Positions 43,297 to 56,212 of a DNA stretch of 64,000 bases are shown in pieces. Source of the stretch: an uncultured Hormoscilla sp. (GTDB lineage: Bacteria; Cyanobacteriota; Cyanobacteriia; Cyanobacteriales; Desertifilaceae); contig OZ001293.3 in the NCBI GenBank assembly GCA_963921275.4, forward strand, positions 320,001-384,000, written 5' to 3'. The position numbers and the translations under genes are program-made. The notes beneath the pieces are model-generated. The model did no database searches, was not told where the DNA came from, and saw only the letters and a program-made list of their open reading frames with translations. Numbering within the stretch: position 1 is the first letter of the stretch; each line of letters opens with the position of its first letter.

Positions 43297-45745
43297 ATGC
43301 AATCTCTAAACCACTTAATTTCTAAATTTTCTGAAAAAGTTCACCTGCGCACCGTCCTGGTCGTACCCTTCGTGCTCCAGATCTGTGCGGCGGTGGGGCT
43401 GACGGGATATCTCTCGATTAAAAAGGGGCAAACAGCCGTCAACGATGTCGCCACCCAACTGCGTAGCGAAATAACCGATCAGGTTGACCAAAAACTGCGC
43501 AGTTACCTAGGGACACGCCCCATCTAGTTAATCAAAGCAACCAAGATGCCATTACAGCCAGGCTGTTGAGTCTGCAAAACAGCAAACCCTGGGAACAGCA
43601 TTTGTCGCAACAAGTGAAATTATTTGATTCCCTGAGTCTGACGGGCCTAGGGACGGAGCAAGGGGAATTCATCACCGCCGAAAAAGTAACTGATGGTAAA
43701 CTGGTGCGGCAAATAGCGGGTAAGTATACAGATTTAGAACGTCAAAATCAAGATTATCGAGCCACATTATTAACCAAAAACTACGACCCGCGCAGCCAAG
43801 ATTGGTATAAAACAGCTGTCAAGGCAGGGAAACCGACTTGGAGTGCAATTTTTTCCCATTTGGTAGAACCGGAGCTACTGATGGTTGCGGTGCAACCTGT
43901 ATACGACCAACAGGGAAAGTTAGAGGGAGTTCTAGCCAGTAGTATCAGTATATCAGAAATTGGCGAGTTTCTGGAAACTATCAAGGTGGGGAAATCAGGG
44001 CAAACTTTTATTATCGATCAGGCGGGCATGTCGGTAGCCACCTCCACGAGGGAAAAGCCCTTCGCCTTCAATAGACAAGGGCAACGGCTGCAAGCAGATC
44101 GAAGTAGTGACCCCTTAACGAGAGAGACAGCTAAATATTTGCAGACAAGGTTGCCGCAAATTCAAAGTAGGCAGCTCTTAGAATATAATATTCAGGGGCA
44201 GAGGCAATTTTTACAAGTAATGCCACTGCAAGATAGCTTTGGTTTAGACTGGCTGATTGTAGTGGTAGTCCCAGAAGCAGACTTCATGGAGCTTCTCAAC
44301 GCTAACACCCGCACTACCATCGGGCTATGTCTGGCGGCCTTGGTGCTAGCTTACGCCCTAGGCATGGGGACATCTCGCTGGGTGGTCAGGCCGATCCTGC
44401 GCTTAAACATAGTGGTAAGGGCGATCGCCAAAGGTGAATGGGGCAAAAAGTAGATGTGCAATGGCCCGACGAACTAGGGGGAACTAGCTAGGTCATTCGG
44501 TTCAATGGCCGCACAGCTGCAAGAGTCCTTTGCCACCCTAGAGGCTAAAAATCAAGAGTTGCAACGCTTCGACTAGCTCAAAGATGAATTTTTAGCAAAT
44601 ACCTCCCACGAACTCCGCACCCCCCCTGAATGGCATGATCGGCATTGCTGAGTCAATGATTGACGGTGCCGCCGGACATGTATCGGTACTGCAAATGAGA
44701 AATCTATTAATGATCGCTCAAAGCGGAGCAAGACTTGTCAACCTAGTCAGCGACCTCCTGGACTTCTCCAAACTGAAGCTCTAAAAAGTTGAACTCCAAC
44801 TCAAGCCAGTGGGAATCCGAGAATTCGCCGAGGCCGTGGTTTCTCTCAGCCAATTTCTGGTTGGCAACAAAGATTTGCGGCTAATTGACGCTATTCTTGA
44901 GGAGCTATCTCTAGTATATACCGATGAAAATCGCCTGCAACAGATTCTACACAATCTAGTTGGCAATGCCATCAAGTTCACTAATGGCGGCATGGTGGAA
45001 ATCTCAACCAAGATTATTCACGGTTCATCCTTCATTGTTGATGGCAGTGCCAGATCGACCCTCGACAACGAACAATTAGCAATTTCTGTGTCCGATACTG
45101 GCATCGGCGTCCTCAAGGATAAATTAGACCGCATCTTTGAATCTTTTGAACAAGCGGACGGTTCCACAGCCCGCGATGTGGCACAGGTTTAGGGTTTAGC
45201 AATTACCAAACAGCTAGTGGAATTGCACGGGGGAGAAATTCGCGTCTCCTCGATAGTGGGCGAGGGCACCCGGTTTACCTTTACCCTACCATTAGCCCCA
45301 GGCAGAGCCCCGAGAACAAGTGATCGCTCCGCCACCCTTACCGATCCTGCGGTCGTCAATTGGCGTGAAAGCATAATGCACGGCCAAGCACAAAGCAACA
45401 ATCAACAATTAACAGTCAACGGTCAACAGCCTCACCAGTTCAAAATCCTGATAGTTGATGATGAGCCAGTGAATCTTCAGGTACTGGTCAACCATCTTTC
45501 CCTAGAAAATTAGGCGTTGCACAATCACGGGATGATGGGTCTCTTTGCATAAGTCTTAAACGTAGACTATAAGCCACTTTCAGTTATGTGCAAACAATGA
45601 CATCATCCCCAAAATGTGCAACGCCGAAAATTATAGTCTCGCCCTGGCCGAGAATGGCATAGATGCTTTATCAATGTTATCCACCGGTGAAAATTGGCAT
45701 TGGCATCAATACAGGTTCTCTGATGCTGGGGACGATCGGGGGACA
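43297..45745 (+). pseudogene. Hybrid sensor histidine kinase (Cache-HAMP-HisKA-HATPase-REC) with an adenylate cyclase fragment
   Basis: [36 protein letters not shown] and KIGIGINTGSLMLG, broken by stops, frameshifts and a MITE. Confidence 0.88.
45513..45625. mobile_element. MITE, 113 bp, with an 8-bp target duplication
   Basis: TIR GGCGTTGCACA/TGTGCAACGCC; GAAAATTA on both sides; removal restores NHLSLENYSLAL. Confidence 0.9.
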
Positions 45746-45818
45746 TTCCCGCTTTGCTATTGTCTGACAGATGCATGTCAAGTGACGCCGGGTACAGATT
45801 GGCGGAGTGAGTTGAGAG

Positions 45819-46220
45819 ATGCCCAAAAAACCTAGACTACTGGTGGTAGATGACGAGGGTAACAACCTGGACTTACTGTACAGGACGGTTCGGCGTGAAT
45901 TTCAAGTATTTAGAGCCGACAGTCCTGCCAGCGCGATGGAAATTATGGATACGGAAGGCGAAATGGCGGTGATTATTTCCGACCAGAGTATGCCAGAAAT
46001 GACAGGGGTGGAATTTTTGGGCAAGACAAAAGACCGCTTCCCCGATACAATTGGTATTCTGCTCACTGGCTACGACCATGACCAACTGGGTGATGAAGGA
46101 GAAGAGATTGACTTCTCCCATGTTTTCAAATGCATCACCAAGCCTTGGCAGCCTGAGGAATTTAAGGCTGTGATTCAAGAAGCACTGGAAAAATACCTGG
46201 CCGCCAAACCTCCCGGGTAG
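45819..46220 (+). CDS. Single-domain response regulator (REC)
   Basis: LLVVDDE, ISDQSMP, LLTGY and TKPW. Confidence 0.88.
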   Translation: MPKKPRLLVVDDEGNNLDLLYRTVRREFQVFRADSPASAMEIMDTEGEMAVIISDQSMPEMTGVEFLGKTKDRFPDTIGILLTGYDHDQLGDEGEEIDFSHVFKCITKPWQPEEFKAVIQEALEKYLAAKPPG

Positions 46221-46729
46221 CGAATACCATGTCAGTTGTTAGTTGTCAGTTGTCAGGATCACGGTACTCGATGTGCTCTGCGCGCTCGATGTCCCCGGGG
46301 AGCGCGCAGAGCACATCGTATTCGCACTACGCATCGCACATCGCCTCGTCACTCGGCCTGGTAGGTGCTCACTGATAACTGCTCACAGGTCACTGGTCAG
46401 CAGTGCAGTCTGCTCATATCCGGTTTGGCCTCCGGAGTTGGCGGCGATGTCTCCTGTGTGCCGAGTCCCCTGGGACAAGAGCAAGGAATCGAAGATCCCC
46501 GATCGATTTTGAGTTGCGTGGCCGTTTTGCCCTTAACTTTGACCCCAGAACTGGCAGCATTAGATCGAGTCTGCTTGCAGACTTCCTGTCCAGAGGCGGG
46601 AACACCACCAAAAGGCGACTTTGGTGCTATTTCCGGGTTTTGGCACTCCAGATGCCACTGGACATGCTCCCATAATTCATCCTTCTTATTGACCTTGATT
46701 TTAATCATTACCCTGCTTCCCTTGACACC

Positions 46730-47969
46730 AAGGTTGTCAGGGACGATCGTCTATGTGAAGAAGGTAAATGGCCGCGAGCTGCGAACGGGGGATTTTGTGA
46801 GAAAAGGGGACCTGCTAGCCCAGGTAGACCCTCGCAAACTGGCTTCGGATGTGACGGTGGCCCAGGCCCAGCGGCAGGATGCCCAGCAGCGGTTGAGTAC
46901 GGCCCTGGCTTCTTTAAGGCAGTCGGAGTCGGCGGTGAGTCAGGCCCAAGCTGAAAAAGCAAGAGCGGAAGCTTCTTTAGCGTCTGCCCAAGCGGACTTG
47001 AAAAGAGCTGAAGCTAATCGCGATTTCGCCCAGACCGATGTTAACCGCTACCAGAAACTTTGGGAAGACGGCGTCGTATCGAAGAGCGAGCGGGACACCA
47101 GAGAAACCCAGTTTGCGGAAGCTCAAGCGGCGGTTGAAGCTGCACGAGCGCAGGTGAAAGCGGCAGCTGCTGGAATAAGGGCAGCGTCGAGCGCTGTCTC
47201 TTCAGTTCAGGCGGCAGTCTTATCCCAACAGGCCCAGGTAGAATCAGCGCAGTCGGGAATTAAATCGGCGATCGCCTCCCTGAACAAAACCCAAGTCATC
47301 CTGGAAGACACGGAGATAGTCGCCCCTTTTGACGGCATTATCGCCCATCTCAACATCAAAGAAGGGGACTATTGGATGCCCCAGGTCATCAACGTCGGAG
47401 GGGACTATCAGCAGATGGTAGAGTCGGTGCCGATAATTGCGATCGACCCGAGTGAGTTTGAGGTAAATGTAGAATTGCCAGCTTTCGATGGTGCTAGGGT
47501 CAGAACGGGTCAACGCGCTTTCATTATTGCCAATGAACGGCTGCACAACCCTGATGCTATGACTGGCTCAGATCTGATTAATTTGGCTAGTGCTGAAGGG
47601 ATTGTGTTCTCTGTCAGTCCTTCGGTGACTCCAGGAGAACGGGCGATCGAGATAAAAATCAGGGTAAATAAAGGCGCCCAAAACCTGAAGAATGGGGCTC
47701 GCGTTTCTACTTGGATCGCCGTAGCAGAAAAGCCGAACGCTACAACGGCTCCTTTCAGTGCTTTTCTCTGGAGGGACCAAGTACCACATGTATTCGTAGT
47801 TAATCAACAAGAGGGAATAGTAGAACAGCGCCGGATAAAAACGGGCATTCGTGGGAACTCCCAACGGGAAATAATCGATGGCGTTCAACCAGGCGAACTG
47901 GTTGTGATTGAGGGAAAAAATCGTCTCGTGGATGGAACACCAGTGGAGGTGATTGAAATAGTTGAATAG
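46730..47969 (+). pseudogene. RND efflux periplasmic adaptor (HlyD/MFP); normal N-terminus not found
   Basis: SGTIVYV...GDFVRKGDLLA, coiled coil and IVAPFDGII; upstream in-frame sequence is repeat-rich with no signal anchor. Confidence 0.7.
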
Positions 47970-49433
47970 GCGAATTGAGCAATTGAGAATTTAGAATCTG
48001 GAGAGTGCGAAGTTCTCCTGAAAAACGACCTAGTATAAAGAGGGCAAGGGTATAATGGGGGTTTCGGACTCCGCGCCCCAATCACCAAGGCTAGAATGCG
48101 GGTTGCAGCCGTACTCCTAAAATTGTCCGGACTGTTGCAATTGGCTATGAAGAATTAGCAATGAACAATTAGCAATGAACAATGAACGAAGAACATGATG
48201 TTACAGATGTAAGCAAAGCATCCCCGATCGCCAAGTTCTTTTTACTGAATACGGTTTTTGCCATTCTCATGTGCGTCCTACTGGTAATTGGAAAGCTGAT
48301 CGGGGCGGCGACAATAGTGAAAGAAGGCAACCCTGATATCGATCAAACCTTCGCTAGCGTGACGACCATTTGGCCAGGTGCAGATCCAGAAACGATCGAA
48401 AACCAGGTCACGGACAAGCTAGAGAAAGAACTCAAATCCCTCAAGGGACTCAAAAAACTCAGTAGTGCTTCCTTCGATGGCAGTTCGCTCATTATTATCG
48501 AATTCCGCGCCGAAGCACCTGTGGCAGAGTCGATCGCCCTGGTGAGAGCAGAAGTAGATGAAAGCGCAGCAGAGTTAGATTTGTCCTCGGACGCCTCTCA
48601 GCCCAAAGTCGAGCAAATCTCCGCCCAAGACACCCCCGTACTCAGCCTAAGCCTGTTTGGCAATATCGACCAGGCAGTCCTAAGTCGCGCTACAGAAGAC
48701 ATCGAAGAACTGTTAGAAAAAGTCCCCAACGTCAGAAAGGTTGACCTGAGTGGCGATCGCAAAAAAGTGATCCACGTGCAGCTGCTGCCCGATCGCCTCC
48801 TGACTCTCAATATTTCTCCCACTCAGGTGAGAAATGCGATCGCCAGTAGCAACCGAGACCTACCCTAAGACGAAGTAGAGAGAGACCAAATAGGCACCCA
48901 AGTGCATTATTACGGTCGGTTTAGAACCGAAGCAGACCTGCGCAGTTTACCCGTCACCCGCCTAGGGAAGGGCAGAGAGAAGAATAGTGTATCTGTCAGA
49001 AATAGCAAAAGAGCGTCGCGACCTAGAACGAGAACAGACTCGCGCTTTTATTAGTGGTAAAAGAGAAGAATTTGAACCAGTAACTAGCGTAGATGTAGTC
49101 AAGATACCGAGTTCGGACACAATTAAAATGATTAATAATTGCCTAGGGGCGATCAAGCAGGCCAGACAAAATCCCTCAACCCGGCCCTACAGGATAAAAT
49201 ACAAAATCGTCAGCACAGAAGCAGATATTATTAACCAGCAACTGCAGTCTCCATTCAAAAACGCTTGGCAAAGAGTCCTGGCAGTTTTTATCGTATAACT
49301 GTTAGCCCTCAGCTGGCGCGAAGCCATCATCGCTGGGTTGTCTACCCTCCTCTTTATGGGGGCGATCGCCGTCCCTTGGATATTCAGTAACACACTGAAC
49401 AAGATAGTACAAGAGAGTCTGATCCTCGCCCTC

Positions 49434-51314
49434 AGCTGGAGTCGAGCCCATAATCACCTCCCAACCCTCCCTTTCGGAAACATGCATGCAACTCTCACCG
49501 CACACAGCTACCGAGTAGATAGCCCTTGTCCTAAGTAGAATTACTCAGGATTACCCCCCTCATTCCTTTCCTCATGCAATTTCACCCCTTATGGTTAGTC
49601 TCAGACTACATATATGCCCAACCCCGGAAAATTCGCGGGGGATAACAGAACCAACCCATATCATCCGCTCCTTACCAACATTTACCTAACTTATCAGGTT
49701 CTCCAAGTCTTACCCAGTCAAATCTTTAGCCCAACATTCATTACCTAGGATTTCACCTGGACTATAACATTAAAGTTACCTTCACCCCAAGACTCTATCC
49801 ATCACCGACCCACGTCAGCATATCCATAGGAGTTACCCCAGGCGTTCGCCTCTTGGGCCATCTCTCATCTCATAGCCCGCACCTTACATCTAACCCGTCC
49901 AAACAAAAACAGCCCATAAAAAATTACCTCGTTCCCCGATCTCATCTCACGATATCCTTAGACCCTCACCTTACCCCCGCAACTCTTCAAGCACAATAGT
50001 CAAAATCCACAACCAACACTAACCACCTTCCCCTTTTGAGCCAGCACATAAAACCTTACTTCGCTGGTTCTACATTACGAAGCTTACACGAGTTTGTTTC
50101 CTCTGATCTTAGACATCTTTCCTAGCGGCGTCACTGACTTAGGCTATCAGCTACCCTACATTTAAGTCCTCGCTTAGCACCGCGACGATTTGGCTCCGCA
50201 GCACCTCACGCGGTTACCCCATACCTAAGAAAAAGTCGGGGTCGAGCTGTCCCTCGCGGGACAACCCTCCCTTTCGGAACCGTGCATGCGACTTTCACCG
50301 CACACGGCTACTGGGTACTAGGCCCCTTTCACGGGTAGGATTACTAGGGATTACTCCCATTATCCCTTACTACTTGCACGTCCGCCCCTTTCCTGGTTGG
50401 TGAGTGGAGCTGCCGGATAACCTTTAGTATCACCATTTAACACTCCGTTTTACCAGTTAAACATTCCTCAATCCTCAACTCGCTTTCGCTAACGCTGTAA
50501 ATGGGCTTATGACATTTTAGAGCTACTTGTACCAATAGTTTACTAGTATCACCGACCCGCGTCTGCGTATCCATAGGCATTACCGGCGTCTTCCGCATGC
50601 TCTTGTCCTGAAGGACTTTGGCGTCTTCCGCACACTCTTGTCCTGAAGGACTCGGTGTGCTCCAGACACCAAGGCATGCTCCAGACACCGCCTAGGCATT
50701 AGCTTCTCGGGCCATCTCTCCCCTCATGGGCATGCGCTATGCGCTGCGCGCACGCTACGCGGACGCACATCTGACTTGTCCAAATGAGGACAGCACCACG
50801 AGGGTTACTTCGTTCCTCTCGCTGAGGTTACTTCGTTCCCTGATATCATTTCACGATGCCTTTAGGCCCCTACTTTTCCCCGGCAGTTATTTGGGTACAA
50901 TGTTAGCCAATTCCCTAATTAACACTAACTGCATTAACTTTTGTTCCAGCGCATTAAGCCTTATTTCGCTGGTTGAGTTTAACGAGGTTTACATAGGTTC
51001 GCTTGTTCTAGCCATGGACATCTTTCCTAGCAGAGTCACCGGCTTGGGCTGCCAGTTATCCTACATTTGAGTCCTCGCTTGGCACCACGATGATGTTACT
51101 TCGCAGCACCTCACGCGGTTATCCCTGTACCTGGGGAGGGGGAATTAAACCCCCATGATTACCAGAGTTCCTAGTTTCCTAGGCCAGCGTTCCGTATATG
51201 ACTACGTTAGGCTGGAACTCATCGCACGGGAATTTAACCCCATGAGTACCAGAGTTCCTAGTTTCCTAGGCTAGCGTTCCGTATTTGACCACGTTAGGCT
51301 AGAACTCATCGCAC
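49434..51314 (-). ncRNA. ORF-less group II intron copy D (parts 51314-51228 and 50233-49434; 3' part degenerate)
   Basis: GTGCGATGAG start at 51314; degenerate domain V near 49475-49511; removal restores the host frame. Confidence 0.88.
50234..51227 (-). ncRNA. ORF-less group II intron copy E nested in D (twintron), 994 nt
   Basis: GTGCGATGAG at 51227; domain V AGCCGTGTGCGGTGAAAGTCGCATGCACGGTT; ends CTCGACCCCGACT. Confidence 0.92.
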
Positions 51315-53242
51315 GGACTCCTTGTAGATGTATTCATTCTGATGATGGAAGGGATGCACGAGGGGATTTTCGTTAAAGGTCTGTCTTTCGAGCAAGCTGC
51401 CTTGAAAACTTTTAAAACCTACGCAGTGCCAGCATTGTCCGGTCAGCTAACCACGATCCTGGCAATGGCACCATTGATGGCAATTAGCGGCACCCTGGGC
51501 AAATTTATCCGCTTGATTCCCATTAGTGCGATTACTTGCTTGCTGCTCAGCTACGCGATCGCCCTCTTAGTAGATATCCCTCTCTCCCGCTACCTCCTTG
51601 CTAATGTCAAAGGCGGCGCAAAAAAGACTTTCATTGACAAACTTACAGAAGTCGCTTCCGAGAAGTTTCTGCATTGGAGTTTGCGATCGACTGTCCGCAA
51701 CAAAACTACTGCCCGCTTTTGGACTATGGGGGCGATCGCCCTATTTGTTGGCACCACTATTCTGGTGGGAAACGTACCAGGGACTCTGTTTCCCGACTCC
51801 GACCAACTCAAATTGAGCATCAACATCGAAATGCCCCCCACTACTACTCTCGACAGTTCCCAGATCCTAGCAGATGAAGTGGGGGAAATTCTGCGGAGCA
51901 AGGATTACTTGGAGACGGTAGTCAAATTCGTCGGTCAGCGGAGTAAACTAGTAGGAGAAAGCGGCATCAAACCCAACACTGGCAATTACCTAGTGGGCTT
52001 TTCGGTAAGGTTTGTACCTAAAGAAGACCGCGAAAAATTCTCATTTGAATATATCGACCCGCTGCGGTCCGAGTTAACCCAGGCATTACGCAACTATCCA
52101 GGGGCATCTCTCGTGGTAAATTTAGATGCTGTAGGAGAAGGGGGAGACCCGATCTCCATTGAGCTCACGGGCAGCGACATGGACGAGTTGCGCCGCATTT
52201 CTGGGAACGTGCAGCTAGCTTTGCGACAGATTCCGGGAACAGCAGATGTCCGCGACGACTTAGGTCCGGAACGACCGGACGTGAAACTCCTTCCCCGCCG
52301 GGAAGCGATGAATTTCTATGGCATTACTCCAGAAGATTTCGCCCTCCAGGGGCGCTACCTGATGACTGATAACGATATCGGCGATTTCCCGATCGGAGGC
52401 AGACAGGAAGACTTGGAAATTCACCTCAGTACGAGATGGCAGTCCCGTGGTGGAGCAGTTGGCGGACCCACCCGCATAGACGAACTGGTAACGACTCGTT
52501 TCTTCTCCCCAGACGGGGCAATTGCCGCTACCCAAGTAATCGATATCGTGTCCGATCAGGCACCTTTGTCAATTACCCACCAGGATGCTCAGCGCACGGT
52601 CACCGTTTTGGCGAAGACCAAAGATCGCACAGTCGGGGAGATATTAGCAGATTTGGAACCGCAGCTACAGGAAATGCAGCGCCGCTGGCCGGGAGGCTAT
52701 GACTACAAATTCGGCGGAGAAGCGGAAAGCCAAAGCGAGACTTTTGGTTCGGCGGGACGGATGGCATATGTTGCGCTGTTCCTAGTCTTTGCCGTCCTAG
52801 TGATTCAATTTGGTTCTTTCACCCAGCCCTTTATCATTATGCTGGCTATCCCCTTCGCTTTGATCGGCACTTTTGGCGGCTTCTTTCTGTTCTGGATCCC
52901 GATATCTTTCCCGGCGGTAATTGGGATTATAGCCTTAACAGGAATTGTGGTTAATGATTCAATTGTCATGGTAGAAACGATGAATGCTTATCGCCAGCGA
53001 GGCATGAACCTGCGTGAAGCTGCTGCACGTGGGGCTGCCGATCGCCTCCGTCCTGTCCTGACTACCAGTATTACCACGATCGCGGGTGTGCTTCCCTTGG
53101 CCCTGAACGATCCGGTCTGGTTTCCCCTCTGCATGGCGATCGTCTTTGGGTTGATGGCCTCAACTGCGATCTCTCTTTTAGTCGTGCCCTGTTTGTATCT
53201 CCAATTGACTCCCAGTCATAGCTAATTGTCGATCGCTAATCG

Positions 53243-55452
53243 TTAATTGCTAATTATTATTCTTAATTGATTAGCAATTAGCGATACCAATCGCTCGATT
53301 TCCGACTCTAAGGTAAAATAATGAACGCAAGCACGCACGCAGTTTGGAGCGCGAATTGTCCGTACCATGATGTTCTTTGTCTCCCAAAAATTCACTAGCT
53401 GGGAATGCTTTTTATTAGCTAACCTAAGTTGCGACCTATTAAAAAAAATATGAATTACCCACTTAGACTTTACAGATATTTGGAATATTTCGTAGCTTTT
53501 GATACAAAATTATATTTTTTTGTGCTAGACGGCGGGTTGGCTGTTTATAGGTTATAATGTACTAAAATAATAGTTAATTGCTGGGGGATGTAGATGATGG
53601 AAGATATGATTACAACAATTTTTGTTCTTTGTGACGAGCTACTAAAAGCGTTAAATATAAAAGAAGATCCACAAGTAAAAATGAACAATGCCGAAGTGAT
53701 GACAGTCGGATTAGTTGCTGCATATTTTTTCGGAGGACACCACGATCGCTCTTGTCAATTTATGGTCCAACACAAGTATATAAAAAATCTGTTAAGTAAA
53801 AGTAGGTTCAATCGTCGATTACACAATATTGAGGAACCAATTTGGATGTTTTTCTTCCAAGTTATAGCTCAAACATTTAAGAGCTCAATCCGGGTCAAGA
53901 ATATATTCTTGATAGTTTCCCGGTGCCAGTATGTGATAATATTAGGATTGATAGATGCCAAATTTATAACAAGGAAGAATATCGAGGGTATATTGCCAGT
54001 AAAAAACGTTATTTTTATGGATTAAGAGTTCATATGTTGGTAAACAAAAATGGAAAGCCAATAGAATTTTATCTAGATCCTGGTAGTTATAATGATGTTA
54101 AAGTTTTGCAATCTTTTGGCTTTGACTTACCATCAAATTCAATAGTTTATGGAGATAAAGCTTATAATGATTATCAATTAGAGGATTTACTAAAAGAGTC
54201 GTCAAGTATAATGTTAAAACCTTTGCGAAAAAAGAACTCAAAAAGAAAAGAATATTCTTGTTTTGAATATATACAAAAAGTAACAAGAAAACAAGTTGAA
54301 ACCTGTTTTAGTCGAATCACCAATTTGTTTCCCAAGTCAATTCATGCTGTTACATCTAAGGGATTAGAGTTGAAAATAATTCTCTTTATCATAGCTTTTT
54401 GTATCCAATTTTTATAGGTCGCAACTTGAGTTAGCTAGCTGAAAGGAAACTAAACCCGATAGAGGAGGAGATTCCCGCAAGCAGATAACCCCTTCTACTT
54501 GGGTCAATTTTTGCCAGAGATATGCACTTAATTCACATATGCGTTGATAGCGTTCTTGGGCCGTTCCCCAGGCAGAATGGAGGCCGATCGCCTCTCGCAA
54601 CCCGGCATACAAGGGATAAGCAGATGTAGCAATTTCATACTGCTGTCCATCGGGTTTCCATCCTACGGGATGACCGGTACTATCCATGACTATGCCGCGC
54701 CAACCAATAAAGGTGGGATGCAAATCTTCCCTCGCCTCCTGACTTACATATAAACCACCCACTCCTTCTGGTCCGCACCACCATTTATGACCCGTAAAGG
54801 CATAGAAGTCAACCCCCTCATCAATTAAATTTAAGGGCAAACTCCCCACAGACTGGGCCGCATCCACTAAAATCTTCACATTCCCATTAACCGACTTGCA
54901 AGCTGTGACAATTTCAGCTAGAGGTAATAATTGACCCGTATTCCAGAGGATATGACTGAGTATTACCAGTCTGGTATTGGGTTGCACCGCACCAGCAATT
55001 ACTTCCACGGGGTTTCCCCGATTTAAGGTTGCCATCACCCCACAGGTAGAAACTTTCACATCAAACCGCCTGCTAATTTCTTTGGCAGTTGCGACGATAC
55101 CTGGATGTTCGCAGTCCGTCAGTAACATGCGATCGCCCCCCCGCCAGTCTATTCCCCACATGGCAATATTACAACCCACGGTCACATCTTCCGTCAGGGT
55201 AATCGTTGCTGTTGGCACTTTCAATTCACTGGCGATCGCCTCTCTTGTTTTCTGCTTCTCTTCATCTACCCAGTCATTTATCTGCTGAGAAAACGGTCCC
55301 CGATTTTGGATCTGGTCATAGGAACTGGCGATCGCCTCTCTTGCCCTTTGGGGCATAGGTCCTTGTCCGCCATAATTAAAATAAGCCTTATTTCCCAGTC
55401 CTGGAAACTGTTCTCGATGGCGGAGAGTTTTCGGTGTCCTACTGCTTGTCAT
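53243..55452 (-). pseudogene. Class V PLP aminotransferase (cysteine desulfurase/lyase-like), interrupted near the 3' end by IS982
   Basis: YFNYGG, VDAAQS and TGHKW; frame resumes past the IS as LANKKHSQL...CVRACVHYF. Confidence 0.9.
53422..54431 (+). mobile_element. IS982-family insertion sequence (AT-rich), transposase frameshifted
   Basis: TIR ACCTAAGTTGCGACCTAT/ATAGGTCGCAACTTGAGT; 6-bp duplication TAGCTA; YGDKAY and RKQVET. Confidence 0.92.
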
Positions 55453-55619
55453 AATTTTAACGCTCCTTCTATGTTCCCAGCATACAGCACTTTTTCCACA
55501 TTTTTGCCACTAATTGCTTTCACCACTAGATCGCCATTGGGAGCAGCAGTCAACTCACATCTACATATCCACCCCGAATGTATCAATCCTGCATCTCCTA
55601 GAAACTACCAAGTCTCCGT

Positions 55620-56101
55620 TCGCGCAGCGTGGCGCAGCCATTCGCGCAGCGTGGCGCAGCCATAGATGGCAGGGTCGAAAGAGCGCTATTACCATGCACT
55701 TCGACCCGATCCTCTTCAGTCCCCTCCTGCGTACCCAGCAAACAGCCGAAATACTGCAAAAAGCAGGTCTAGCAACCCAGATAGAAACATCTCACCACCT
55801 CGCCCCCGCCGGTGACATCAAAGCATGGCTAGACTGGTTAGACAAATGGCAGCAGACTGGCGGTAGCACCTTAGCCCTAGTCGGTCATCAACCAAACCTG
55901 GGAAACTGGGCAGAAATCTTAGTCTGGGGCGAACCCTACTGTGTCCCCCGGGTAGTGCGAGTAGCGCTCCCGGGGGACACAGGAGGTGCATTAGTCGTGA
56001 AAAAAGCTGGAGTTATCGGTTTGAGTCTCCCTGAAACTGGATCTCCCCTTGGCAGGTGCTCTCTGTTTTTGCTAGCTCCGCCCAAATTTCTCTTATCATA
56101 G
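55620..56101 (+). pseudogene. sixA: Phosphohistidine phosphatase SixA; N-terminal RHG motif not found
   Basis: SPLLRTQQTAE and LVGHQP; lies upstream of citrate synthase; two repeat insertions. Confidence 0.75.
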
Positions 56102-56212
56102 CGAGGGCGATCTTCCCTATAGGGGGGATCGATTAGCGATTTGACAGTAAGGATTTGATGTGATAGGTACTCTGATACAGAAGAAATTTCACGCTCAGTA
56201 AAGGATACAGCT

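Larger units (their letters stand above)
48182..53225 (+). pseudogene. AcrB/RND efflux permease, broken by stops, a frameshift and nested antisense introns
   Basis: WPGADPETIE, GIVVNDSI and RLRPVLTT; removing 49434-51314 gives LILAL-GLLVD. Confidence 0.92.

Noticed and set aside
46365..46729. N-terminal 120 codons of the 534-aa MFP ORF
   Set aside because: Repeat-rich and lacking a signal anchor; probably not authentic coding sequence
50437..51070. ORFs inside intron E as a possible maturase
   Set aside because: Short, with no RT motifs (no YADD), and partly made of inserted repeats
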